64,000 nt of DNA. Source: Chitinivibrionales bacterium (lineage in GTDB: Bacteria; Fibrobacterota; Chitinivibrionia; Chitinivibrionales; WJKA01). The translations under genes and the position numbers were made by a program. The stretch's first letter is position 1. The number at the start of each line of letters is the position of its first letter. Shown in pieces: positions 40,488-50,054 of this stretch. The stretch is taken from assembly GCA_038247415.1 (NCBI GenBank), contig JBBRUX010000002.1, forward strand, positions 1 through 64,000, given 5' to 3'. The notes beneath the pieces were generated by a model. It was given only the letters and a program-made list of their open reading frames with translations, did not search any database and had not been told where the DNA came from.

Positions 40488-41816
40488 TTACCATTCGAGG
40501 GTTATTGCCGCCGAGGTTAATCCTGCGCCTACCGTGCAAAAAACAATTTTATCGTTACGGTGCAGAAACTTTTCTATTTCTGCAAGTGCGATAGGAATTG
40601 ACGCACAGGAAGTATTTCCTACATGATCGATATTAAGGAAAAAGCGTTCGAAAGGAACACCGGACTTTTGAGCCGCAGCCTTTAAAATTCGAGCATTTGC
40701 CTGATGCGGTACAACCCAGCGAACTTCGTCTGGTAGCCACCCACTTTGAGCTATTACATCGGCAACAAGCTTTGCAAAACCGCCTGTGGCATGGCGAAAA
40801 AGTGCTTTGCCATCTAAACGAACATATGGATCTGCGGCGGTGCTATTAGCTGGAATTTCGTATCCAGGGTATTCCCGTCTGGCAAGACGCAATCCCGAAG
40901 AATCGGCAAAGAGCATCTCTTTTTTAATACGGTGTCCCTCGCTTGTGCGGGCCAGAACCGTTGCGCCTGCGCCATCACCAAAGAGGAAATAGGTATCTTT
41001 GTCTTTTTTATCGAGTAACCGTGACTGCATATCAACACCAACGCACAAAATGTTATCGGCTATACCCGCAACGAGCATTCCCTTCGCCATAGTCAATGCA
41101 TACAGCCAACCCGAACAAGCAGCGTTCAAATCGAAGCACGGCACACTTGTTATACCAAGCATCCCCTGCAAAATACATGCAGTTGACGGCATAGAAAAAT
41201 CGGGCGTATCGGTAGCAAGTACAATAGCTCCAATGTCCGAAGGCTTTAGTCCAGATTTGGCAATAGCCTCAACTGCTGCATGATATGCGAGTGTTGATGG
41301 TTTTTCGTCAATGTCTGCCCAGCGACGTTCTTTGATGCCTGTTACGCCAAAGATATACTCTTCGGTAATATCGGGAAATTCTTTGAGAAGATCGGCATTC
41401 GTTACAACTCGTTTTGGCAAATACGAACCAATGCCAAGTAAACTAACTTCGGTATTAAAACCCAATGAGGCAGCAGCTGGTTTTGGTTGCGCTTTTGGCG
41501 CTACGGGCTCTTGCGGAGCTGCTTCTGGTTGAGTAGCTTTTGGAGCTGTTGCCAAAAATGCTGCGTCGCTCGTTTGAATTTCGATAACGGGCGTTTCAAA
41601 GGAAACCGTGGCACTTGCAGCTTCAAGAATGCGAACAACAACACCTGCAGCCGGAGCTTCAAATTGAAATGTTGATTTTGCGCTTTCTGCTTCTGCTAAA
41701 ACCGCACCCTTTACAAAGGTATCTCCCGGTTTAACGTTCCACGAAATAATTGTGGCTTCTGTTTCAGCTGCTGCTTGCGCTGGCAGTGATAGTGTTGTCG
41801 TAATCATGTGACTCAC
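40488..41816 (-). CDS. fabH: Lipoyl domain - 3-oxoacyl-ACP synthase III (FabH) fusion
   Basis: N-terminal W.VKPGD.F.KG..LAEAESAKS...EAP..G (lipoyl Lys); Ala/Pro linker; KAS III triad AACSG, PHQAN, GNTS. Confidence 0.9.
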   Translation of the reverse strand: MSHMITTTLSLPAQAAAETEATIISWNVKPGDTFVKGAVLAEAESAKSTFQFEAPAAGVVVRILEAASATVSFETPVIEIQTSDAAFLATAPKATQPEAAPQEPVAPKAQPKPAAASLGFNTEVSLLGIGSYLPKRVVTNADLLKEFPDITEEYIFGVTGIKERRWADIDEKPSTLAYHAAVEAIAKSGLKPSDIGAIVLATDTPDFSMPSTACILQGMLGITSVPCFDLNAACSGWLYALTMAKGMLVAGIADNILCVGVDMQSRLLDKKDKDTYFLFGDGAGATVLARTSEGHRIKKEMLFADSSGLRLARREYPGYEIPANSTAADPYVRLDGKALFRHATGGFAKLVADVIAQSGWLPDEVRWVVPHQANARILKAAAQKSGVPFERFFLNIDHVGNTSCASIPIALAEIEKFLHRNDKIVFCTVGAGLTSAAITLEW

Positions 41817-43888
41817 CGTAATTCTCCCATCATGGAGGTAATAGCTTCGCGAATAGTATCGATATTAGGCAAATATTGTTTTTCGAGTTCAGGTGCAAAA
41901 GGAACTGGAATATCGGGGGCGCCAATGAGACGTGGCGCTGTTTTAAGTGAAGAAAATGCCTCTTCAACAATTTTTGCAGAGAGCGTTGCCCCAATTCCCG
42001 CAGTTACCCCAGCTTCTTGAACAATTAAAAGGCGTCCTGTTTTGCGAACCGATGCAATGAGGGGTTCCAAATCAAAAGGATTTAAAATAAATGGGTTCCA
42101 GATATCCATCGAATATTTTAGCGTTGATGCCAAAGTTTGTACATGTTTAAGCATTGCGCCAAAACCAATAATGGTGATATCCGACCCCGTCGAGTACGAT
42201 CGAGATTTAAAAACATTTGAAACATCGCCATCAAAGGAGATATCACCCGTGCTTGAGCCATACAGCAATTTATGCTCGAACACCAAGCATGGGTTTGGAT
42301 CGTAAAATCCTGCCACAAGCGCTTCGAACGTTTCTTGTGGTGTAAATGGATACAAAAGTTTAAGACCAGGAAAACGAGACCAGAGCCCATCAAATTCTGC
42401 CGAATGAAAAGCACCAAGCGTTACGCCCCCACCACAGGGGAACCGGTATAATATTTGAGCTCCTTGATGGGCTCTAAAAAACCAGGTTCCCGCATTGAGA
42501 CCAATTTGTGTAACGGCCTCAGTTCCAAAATCGGCAAATTGAAATTCTATAATAGGCTTGGCACCACATTGCGATGCCCCAAGCGCAAAACCGGCAATTC
42601 CCGCTTCGGCAATGGGCATATCCATAACGCGATGTTCACCAAATTTCTCGAATAATCCCTTGCATGTTTTAAAAGCAGACCCATACGGCCCAATGTCTTC
42701 GCCAAGCAAGAGTGCCGACGGTTCGTTTGAGAGGATATATGAAAGTGCCTGAGTAACAGCGGTATTATTTTTAGCTTTTGTTTCGGCAAATGGCTTAAGC
42801 TTTGGTATTTCTGACGAGGCAAACACTTTAATTGACGACAGTGGAAAGGTTGGTCGTCCTAATTGAGTTGCCCGACCACACGCTTCGGTTACAAGATCAC
42901 GTGCAGAAGCTTCGAGAGCATCGATATCGGCAGCACTCATTGACAATTCGGTTTCGAGCACACTACGCGCCCGTGCAATTGGTTCACGCGTCATCCAAAT
43001 GGTTCGTTCGGCTTCGGTTACATATTCGGCATTATCGTATACTGCATGACCTGCAAGTCGAAGCGTTTGAGATTCGAGAATATAAGGTTTGGATGTTTCC
43101 TTCATGATGTCAAGAGCATCGCACACCGACAAATACACGGCCCATGGGTCACATCCGTCAACCGTTTTGCCCAAAATGCCATACCCTAGTGCCCTATCGG
43201 ATAAATTGGCACAATTATACTGGTATCGTGTTGGGGTTGAATAGGCATAATGGTTGTTTTCGATAAGAAAAAGAACGGGAATGTTGCGCACCGAAGCAAT
43301 ATTAACGGACTCGTGAAAATCCCCCGTTGATGTTCCACCATCACCAATAACGGCGCAACCATATACCTCTTCGTTTGCTTGACGAGCGGCATATACGCCA
43401 CCAACAACCAAGGCCAACATATCACCTAAATGGCTTATCATAGGAAAGCGGCGCATGGGCACATTTCCATGATGCACATTGCCTTCTCGCGCATGAGTTA
43501 TTGAACCCTCATTCGCCAAATACTGACAAAAGAGCGCAAAGAGATCGGCGCCTTGCATAACATGCGCACACAAATCGCGATGCAAAAAAGAGAGAACATC
43601 TTTACCAGGGCGAAACGGCAACCCCAGACCAATATTTGTTGCCTCGTTGCCCATACAGGGAATAACTGTACCGCGCGCTTTTCCCTGTCGATACAGCATA
43701 ATAGCTGCATCATCAAATGCACGTGACAAAAGCATATAATGATACGCTAAAGGATAAAACGCTTCGCGAGACATCCGATGAGGATACCGAATAAGCGTAT
43801 CTGGAGGATATAATCTCGATAATTCCGAAATAAGAGACCCCTTTACCAATAAAGTGCTTATTTGTTGAATGCGAAAATTGCGCAGCAC
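41813..43888 (-). CDS. 2-oxoacid dehydrogenase E1, alpha and beta subunits fused (branched-chain-like)
   Basis: ThDP motif GDGGTSTG...ENNHYA; RLAGH; beta part GEDIG, PIAE, EFQFADF, FHS, FEHK; start uncertain (ATG 43774 alternative). Confidence 0.92.
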   Translation of the reverse strand: MLRNFRIQQISTLLVKGSLISELSRLYPPDTLIRYPHRMSREAFYPLAYHYMLLSRAFDDAAIMLYRQGKARGTVIPCMGNEATNIGLGLPFRPGKDVLSFLHRDLCAHVMQGADLFALFCQYLANEGSITHAREGNVHHGNVPMRRFPMISHLGDMLALVVGGVYAARQANEEVYGCAVIGDGGTSTGDFHESVNIASVRNIPVLFLIENNHYAYSTPTRYQYNCANLSDRALGYGILGKTVDGCDPWAVYLSVCDALDIMKETSKPYILESQTLRLAGHAVYDNAEYVTEAERTIWMTREPIARARSVLETELSMSAADIDALEASARDLVTEACGRATQLGRPTFPLSSIKVFASSEIPKLKPFAETKAKNNTAVTQALSYILSNEPSALLLGEDIGPYGSAFKTCKGLFEKFGEHRVMDMPIAEAGIAGFALGASQCGAKPIIEFQFADFGTEAVTQIGLNAGTWFFRAHQGAQILYRFPCGGGVTLGAFHSAEFDGLWSRFPGLKLLYPFTPQETFEALVAGFYDPNPCLVFEHKLLYGSSTGDISFDGDVSNVFKSRSYSTGSDITIIGFGAMLKHVQTLASTLKYSMDIWNPFILNPFDLEPLIASVRKTGRLLIVQEAGVTAGIGATLSAKIVEEAFSSLKTAPRLIGAPDIPVPFAPELEKQYLPNIDTIREAITSMMGELR

Positions 43889-44089
43889 TCAAGATCTGAT
43901 GCTTCCCCGTGGAACCGCATAAGCACAGGCTTTGAAAATAAGTCATTGCGATCGCTACGGAAAGGATGATTTAGGTTAAAAATGTGTTAGGAATCTAAAA
44001 CAGAGTAAGAATTTGGAAGAAGGGCTCTCTTTGGATTATTTTTAATTTCCTTTAAAGTGCCGATATTCTAATCTATATGTATTGGTCGA

Positions 44090-45361
44090 ATGCCTCTCAA
44101 AAGAGCGTATCACCAAAAATATCGGAATTATCTTAATTGTGAGGAGGATAGCCTGCTACAGCTCTTACTTGGCCCAACACTTATCACCAAAGCTCTTTTT
44201 ATCGTTGCGGTTGGTTTAACCGGCGCATTGTTTGTTTTTTCTGCCTTTACCGTGCTCTATCACCGATTTATCTACACGAGATCTGTTGTCCGCCGCTATA
44301 AAGGTCCGTATACACCTCGTTGCACCATTGTATTGCCCTGCAAAGGAATACCAAAAAATCTCGATCGCAATCTTAATGCATTTCTTTCGCAAGATTATCC
44401 CAATTACGAATTCATTTTTACGGTTGAAAATGAAAATGATCCTGCATACGCAATCATAAAAGCTGCCATCGCCAATAAACCTCAGGCTAAGATCGTCGTG
44501 GCTGGTTTAGCAACAACGTGTTGCCAAAAAAACAAGAATATGCTCGCAGCACTCGAAATCGCTACGAATCCAGAAGTGTACGTTTTTGCCGACGCCGACA
44601 TAGGACCAACAGCATCATGGCTTAAAGACCTTGTACTGCCCCTTTCAGATCCTAAAACAACCATTGCCACCGGGTTTCGATGGCTTATGCCAGAAAAAGG
44701 AACGCTTGCCGAACTCGTTCACTTTTATATGAATGCATTTTTATATATACTGTATAGCCCAACCTCATACATGGGACAAGTACATGCCTGGGGTGGATCT
44801 ATGGCTATTCGTAAAGCCGATTTCGAACGATGTGGTATTGCCAAGCGTTGGGCAGAAACCGCCGTCGATGATAGCAGCATGTGTGAAGAAGTGCTCAAAC
44901 ACAAAGGCACTTCGGTGCTTGTTCCCCTTTGTATCACGCAGACAAATGATCTCATTCAAACCGTTGGTGGCGCCATAACATGGTTTGAGCGTCAAATGAT
45001 GTATTTGAAATTATACCAAACCCCTATCTGGATTGGTACCGTTCCCGTGATACTTTTTGGTATGGCCATGCAATTATGGCTCCCCATCGCGCTTATTCTC
45101 TCCTTTACCATGCATATTTCATTTTGGGATATCGGTGGAGGCGCAGCACTATCATTTTATATTTGTAAATTTGCCGGCGACATGCTTTTTCCCCTTATTG
45201 GAAAAACACCGCGATGGTTCCTGTTCTACTGCACCCAGCCAGTTTTATTATGGTGCTTTTTGGTGGCATGCTTTAGAACCATATTTACCAATACCATAAC
45301 CTGGAGCGGCGTAAAATATCGTTGTAAATTAAACGGCGTTGTCACAAGCGTGCGGAGATAA
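44090..45361 (+). CDS. GT2/GT21 (ceramide glucosyltransferase/HpnI-like) glycosyltransferase
   Basis: LPCKG, QDYPNYE, KNKN, FADAD, WGGSMA, VDD and ITWSG..Y motifs; start may be CTG 44153 after GAGGAGG. Confidence 0.82.
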   Translation: MPLKRAYHQKYRNYLNCEEDSLLQLLLGPTLITKALFIVAVGLTGALFVFSAFTVLYHRFIYTRSVVRRYKGPYTPRCTIVLPCKGIPKNLDRNLNAFLSQDYPNYEFIFTVENENDPAYAIIKAAIANKPQAKIVVAGLATTCCQKNKNMLAALEIATNPEVYVFADADIGPTASWLKDLVLPLSDPKTTIATGFRWLMPEKGTLAELVHFYMNAFLYILYSPTSYMGQVHAWGGSMAIRKADFERCGIAKRWAETAVDDSSMCEEVLKHKGTSVLVPLCITQTNDLIQTVGGAITWFERQMMYLKLYQTPIWIGTVPVILFGMAMQLWLPIALILSFTMHISFWDIGGGAALSFYICKFAGDMLFPLIGKTPRWFLFYCTQPVLLWCFLVACFRTIFTNTITWSGVKYRCKLNGVVTSVRR

Positions 45362-45366
45362 CGGTT

Positions 45367-45984
45367 ATGCGCGCAGCTGTTTTTGCATCGGGAGGTGGAT
45401 CTAATTTCGGTGCACTATTGGCCCGTAAAGCAGCGGGTGATTTACACATCGATTTCGCCTGTGTCATTAGTAATAACAGTGGCGCAGGGGCACTCGATCG
45501 TGCAAAAACAGCGGGCATTCCCACCTTTCACCTACCGCCTACAAAATGTGCAAGCGAAGCAGAGTATTGTTCAAAACTCTTTGCCATACTAAACGACCAT
45601 GCTGTTGACATATGCATTTTAGCCGGGTATATGAAAAAGTTTCCCGATGCTTTAATTGCTCACTACTTTGGTAAAATTATCAATATTCATCCCGCTTTGT
45701 TGCCAGCATTTGGCGGCAAAGGTCATTTTGGGCACCATGTACACGAAGCCGTCATTGCAACCGGTGCAAAAGTTTCGGGGATTACGGTGCATTTTGTGGA
45801 CAACGAATATGACCATGGTCCAATCATATTGCAGCAAACCATTCCCGTTCTTGATACCGATACTGCCCAATCGCTTGCCGATCGAGTGCTGAAACTCGAA
45901 CATCAGTTTTTTTATGTAGCTATCGAGGCTCTTGCCACAGGAAAATTGACAATCTCAGGACGACGGGTTTTATGGCATGACTGA
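45367..45984 (+). CDS. purN: Phosphoribosylglycinamide formyltransferase
   Basis: ASGGGSN, LAGYM, NIHPALLP and G.TVHFVD..YD.GPII motifs. Confidence 0.96.
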   Translation: MRAAVFASGGGSNFGALLARKAAGDLHIDFACVISNNSGAGALDRAKTAGIPTFHLPPTKCASEAEYCSKLFAILNDHAVDICILAGYMKKFPDALIAHYFGKIINIHPALLPAFGGKGHFGHHVHEAVIATGAKVSGITVHFVDNEYDHGPIILQQTIPVLDTDTAQSLADRVLKLEHQFFYVAIEALATGKLTISGRRVLWHD

Positions 45985-46612
45985 TTCGAAAGAACTGTAC
46001 GCCTTTGATGTGCTTATCGCACGAGACCGTAACGCACGTGTGGTTGGCTTAGACGAAGCCGGCAGAGGGCCTCTTGCTGGCCCGGTTGTAGCAGCAGCGT
46101 GCATACTAGATTACGATAGCGAAATACTTGCTGTCAACGACTCGAAAAAACTAACCGCTGCCAAGCGAGACATTCTCTTTGATCAGATTATCGCTAAAGC
46201 AAAGGCCTATTCTATAGCAGAAGCCTCGTGGGAAGAGATAGATTCTCTTAACATTCTTAATGCATCACTTTTGGCCATGCATCGAGCGCTTATGGCGTTG
46301 CCAAAAATATGGTCGCTTGCGCTTGTGGATGGGAACACTCCAATAACAGCACTCCCTCAACAGCAACAGCTGTGTGTTGTCAAGGGAGATGCGCAAAGTG
46401 CGTGTATCGGAGCTGCATCTATTTTAGCCAAGGTAACACGCGATCGGATCATGATCGACATGCATAGTAAATACCCAGAATACGGGTTCGACATACACAA
46501 AGGATATCCAACACCAGCGCATATTAAAATTCTCAAAGAACGCGGAATGACACCCATTCATCGCAGGTCGTTTAGCATAAAGTTTGTAGCACAAACAACC
46601 TTAGAATTATAA
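45977..46612 (+). CDS. rnhB: Ribonuclease HII
   Basis: GLDEAGRGPLAGPV, DSKKL, DGN, KGD and AASILAKV.RD motifs. Confidence 0.97.
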   Translation: MTDSKELYAFDVLIARDRNARVVGLDEAGRGPLAGPVVAAACILDYDSEILAVNDSKKLTAAKRDILFDQIIAKAKAYSIAEASWEEIDSLNILNASLLAMHRALMALPKIWSLALVDGNTPITALPQQQQLCVVKGDAQSACIGAASILAKVTRDRIMIDMHSKYPEYGFDIHKGYPTPAHIKILKERGMTPIHRRSFSIKFVAQTTLEL

Positions 46613-46673
46613 TTGTAGTGCAGCATCTGTAAGGTTGCTGCGAGACGCATTCATCAATAAGGAGTTCCCGATC

Positions 46674-47978
46674 ATGGCAGAGATTAAAGCTTTTAAAGGT
46701 TTTCGTTATGCGCTTTCTACGCCAACAGATCTTGGCCGCCTTGCGGCACCCCCCTACGATATGATTGATGATGATATGATCGATGCCCTGTATGCACAAG
46801 ATCCGAGCAACGTTGTTCGCCTTATTCAGAATCGTAAAGAGCCAACCGATACTGCAAATAAAGATCGACATGTGCGTGCAGCTTCTTTTCTTACGCAATG
46901 GATTAAAGACGGCACACTACACCGTGATGATGAAGCAGCAGTGTATGTGTATCGGCAAACATTCTCTACCGGTGAAGGCGCTCGAACAAAACAGCACGAA
47001 CGTACCGGTGTTGTTGTCCTCACAAAACTTACCGATTTTTCTGAAGGTGTTGTCAAACCACACGAAAACACGCTCTGGGCTCCCAAAGCAGACCGCTACG
47101 AAAATCTAACCCACCTAGAATGCAACGAGGGCATAATTTTTGGCATTGTGCCCGACACCGGAAGTTTTTATGCGGCAATTAAAGCTTGTGGCACAGGTAA
47201 TCCTGTTGGTGACTTTACCGATAAAGATGCTGTTCGGCATATGCTTTACAAATGCACAGATGCTGCTAGCATAAATACCCTTATCGAATTGGCCAAACCA
47301 AAAACAATCCTTATTGCCGATGGGCATCATCGGTACGAAACTGCGGTTCGCTACGGACGCGAAAAAGGTGATGCTTCACATAGTCATGTGATGATGACAC
47401 TTGTTTCTATGGCCGACCCCGGGCTTGTTATTCGTCCGTTTCATCGGTTGATTCGTACGCAAACGTCGTGCTCTCCAGAACAATTCCTTAACAAACTTTC
47501 TGATTATTTCTCGGTGACAAAAATAGGAACACCCAGTCAAAGTGCGATAGAAGATTTTGTTGCTTCATCGAGTGGCCCCGACCTCCTGTATTGCCATACC
47601 AGCACAAAAACACTCTTCGCCCTTACGCTTTTGGATGCCGGCACTGTGTTTTTACAAAGCAGGAATAACGGACAATCTGCAGCCTGGAACAAGCTCAATG
47701 TATCTATTGTTAATACTATTGCCGTAGGCTCAATTTTATTGCTTCCTTTAAATGGTGAAACCTTGCACGATGTGGTTCGCTACGAAAAAATTGTTTCTAC
47801 AGCCCTTGAGCCAGTCCTAACAACCCCCGATTATTATGGTGCCTTTTTCTTACGATCGATTTCTATCGAATCGATTGATACCATTGTTGACGGGGGTGAA
47901 CGTATGCCTCAAAAATCAACGAACTTTTTCCCAAAGTACTATTCTGGTTTGGTCTTTAATAAACTCGATATCGACTAG
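46674..47978 (+). CDS. DUF1015 family protein
   Basis: PPYD, PHENT, IADGHHRY and MPQKST.F.PK motifs; SD AAGGAG. Confidence 0.9.
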   Translation: MAEIKAFKGFRYALSTPTDLGRLAAPPYDMIDDDMIDALYAQDPSNVVRLIQNRKEPTDTANKDRHVRAASFLTQWIKDGTLHRDDEAAVYVYRQTFSTGEGARTKQHERTGVVVLTKLTDFSEGVVKPHENTLWAPKADRYENLTHLECNEGIIFGIVPDTGSFYAAIKACGTGNPVGDFTDKDAVRHMLYKCTDAASINTLIELAKPKTILIADGHHRYETAVRYGREKGDASHSHVMMTLVSMADPGLVIRPFHRLIRTQTSCSPEQFLNKLSDYFSVTKIGTPSQSAIEDFVASSSGPDLLYCHTSTKTLFALTLLDAGTVFLQSRNNGQSAAWNKLNVSIVNTIAVGSILLLPLNGETLHDVVRYEKIVSTALEPVLTTPDYYGAFFLRSISIESIDTIVDGGERMPQKSTNFFPKYYSGLVFNKLDID

Positions 47979-47997
47979 TAAGGATGGGCACCGATAG

Positions 47998-48996
47998 GTG
48001 TCCACATCTATGAAAAAAATCATTCAGATTTTATTAGGCATGGCAATTGGTGGCGTGGGTCTTTATTTTTTCCTGCGTGGTTTTAATGTAAAGCTTTTGG
48101 GGCAGCAACTTTTGCACACGCCCCTTCTTACCATTGTTCTTGCATCTGCACTCGGTATTGGCAGCCTTTATTTTAGGGCCCTGCGATGGCATATCATGCT
48201 TCCTGTGCTCCCTGGCACCAATAAAACCAAACTTTTTCCTATTGTTGTGATAGCGTTCATGATTAATAATATTTTACCTGCTCGCATTGGTGAAGCAGCC
48301 AGGGTTGTTATATTATGGCGACACAACAAATATCCCGTATTTATTGGTATTGGGACTTTATTACTTGAACGATTTTTTGACACTGCTTTTATTGCCCTCT
48401 TTTTTATTATTCCTGTGTTTCTTATTCCCGGACTTTCAAATTTAGCATCTTCTGCTATTCCCATTGGTATTGGCATTGGCTCAATTTCGCTTGTTGGGAT
48501 CTTATATCTTTTTATTCCTAAACGCATTAAGGCCCCGTTTAAATGGCTGTGCTACAAATTTCCTGCTGGTTTACAAACCAAACTTCTTGCAACAGGACGA
48601 GATCTCTGCGCCAGCGCCGGATGGGCATCCTCGTTTTCTTCATTAGTAACGGTTATCATCCTTTCTTTCGTTGTTGAACTTTGTTACGCTGGTATTGTTC
48701 TTGTCGTGGTGCGAGATCATGCACTCTGCACATGGCTTATGGCCCTTTTTGTGCAGGCAGTTGCATCTCTTGGAGCAGCCATTCCCCTTGCTCCTGGATA
48801 TGTTGGTACCATGGACGCAATGATGTTCTTTGCACTTGAGAAAGTTGGTATTGCGGGTGATTCGGCTCGTGCCATTGCCATTATTTTTCATGCTGCAACA
48901 TGGTTGCCAGTTACGCTTTTAGGCTTATATTACTTTTTTGCCATGGATATTAAATTTAAGGATATAACCAAGGCTAAAGACGAAATTAAAAAATGA
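47998..48996 (+). CDS. Lysylphosphatidylglycerol synthase TM / UPF0104 flippase-like protein
   Basis: RALRW, NNILPARIGE..R, ERFFD and P.APGYVG motifs. Confidence 0.88.
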   Translation: MSTSMKKIIQILLGMAIGGVGLYFFLRGFNVKLLGQQLLHTPLLTIVLASALGIGSLYFRALRWHIMLPVLPGTNKTKLFPIVVIAFMINNILPARIGEAARVVILWRHNKYPVFIGIGTLLLERFFDTAFIALFFIIPVFLIPGLSNLASSAIPIGIGIGSISLVGILYLFIPKRIKAPFKWLCYKFPAGLQTKLLATGRDLCASAGWASSFSSLVTVIILSFVVELCYAGIVLVVVRDHALCTWLMALFVQAVASLGAAIPLAPGYVGTMDAMMFFALEKVGIAGDSARAIAIIFHAATWLPVTLLGLYYFFAMDIKFKDITKAKDEIKK

Positions 48997-50054
48997 ATCT
49001 AGCGTATTATATAACATCTCATGGATTTGGTCATGGAGTTAGATCTGCCCTTATTGCCGATTCTTTTGGACCCACTACCCATCTCTTTTTGCGCTCAGAC
49101 CTTCCTGCTGCATTTTTTCACGAAGAAATAAAGCGTCCTTTTGTTCTCTCTGGCGCAGAATTTGATTGCGGTTGCATTCAAACCGATGGCATTACCGTTG
49201 ACATACCCGCTACTATTAAAGAATATACGCGCATTGAGGCTCTTAATAAATCAAGACTTTCCGAAGAAGTTGCTTGGTGTAAAATCAATAACATCGACGC
49301 AATAATTGTTGATACAACACCCTTTGCGTGCGAAATTGCACACGCCGCTGGCATTGCTTCTTTTGTAATAACAAATTTTACCTGGCACGACATCTATGAA
49401 CCCTATGTATCAGATTATCCAGCCTTTAGCCCTTTTGTAGAAACTATAAAAAAACAATATGCCTCAGCAACTGAACTTATAGCGCTGGCTCCCGCAAATC
49501 CAATGACCTATTTTCAAAAACACGTTGACGGAGAAATAGTGGGGCGACGTGGATTTAATGTTCGCAAATCCCTTTTGGAACATTTTAAATGTGATCCCGA
49601 TGCGCATGTCGGATTAATTTACTTAGGGGGATTTGGCTTTGATCGTGCTGCCTGGAATACTCTGCGCGATTTTAGTGGCTGGGAATTTTTTGGATTGTAT
49701 CCTTTTTTTAGTGCGCCGCCAAATTATCATATTATCGATAAAGCATTTTTTCCCTACGAAAATCTTACCGCAACGGCAGATTGCGTTATTGGTAAAATAG
49801 GTTATTCTACCGTTGCCGAATGCATGTGCAACGGAACACCCCTAATTTATTTACCTCGCGAAAACTTTGCCGAATATCCGTATTTATCTGCCGGGGTAGA
49901 AGCCTGGGGAGGCGGGTATTGTTTCACCGAAGAAGCTTTTGACTCGCTTGCTATTGGCGATGCACTTGATAGTTGCGTATCAAAGCCAAAACCAAAAGCC
50001 TGTTATACCGCTGCGGAAAAGAAAATTGCAGCACACATAGAAGCCACGGTCTAA
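48993..50054 (+). CDS. GT-B fold glycosyltransferase-like protein
   Basis: YYITSHGFGHG.R, TNFTW..IY and D.VIGKIGYSTV.E motifs. Confidence 0.75.
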   Translation: MNLAYYITSHGFGHGVRSALIADSFGPTTHLFLRSDLPAAFFHEEIKRPFVLSGAEFDCGCIQTDGITVDIPATIKEYTRIEALNKSRLSEEVAWCKINNIDAIIVDTTPFACEIAHAAGIASFVITNFTWHDIYEPYVSDYPAFSPFVETIKKQYASATELIALAPANPMTYFQKHVDGEIVGRRGFNVRKSLLEHFKCDPDAHVGLIYLGGFGFDRAAWNTLRDFSGWEFFGLYPFFSAPPNYHIIDKAFFPYENLTATADCVIGKIGYSTVAECMCNGTPLIYLPRENFAEYPYLSAGVEAWGGGYCFTEEAFDSLAIGDALDSCVSKPKPKACYTAAEKKIAAHIEATV

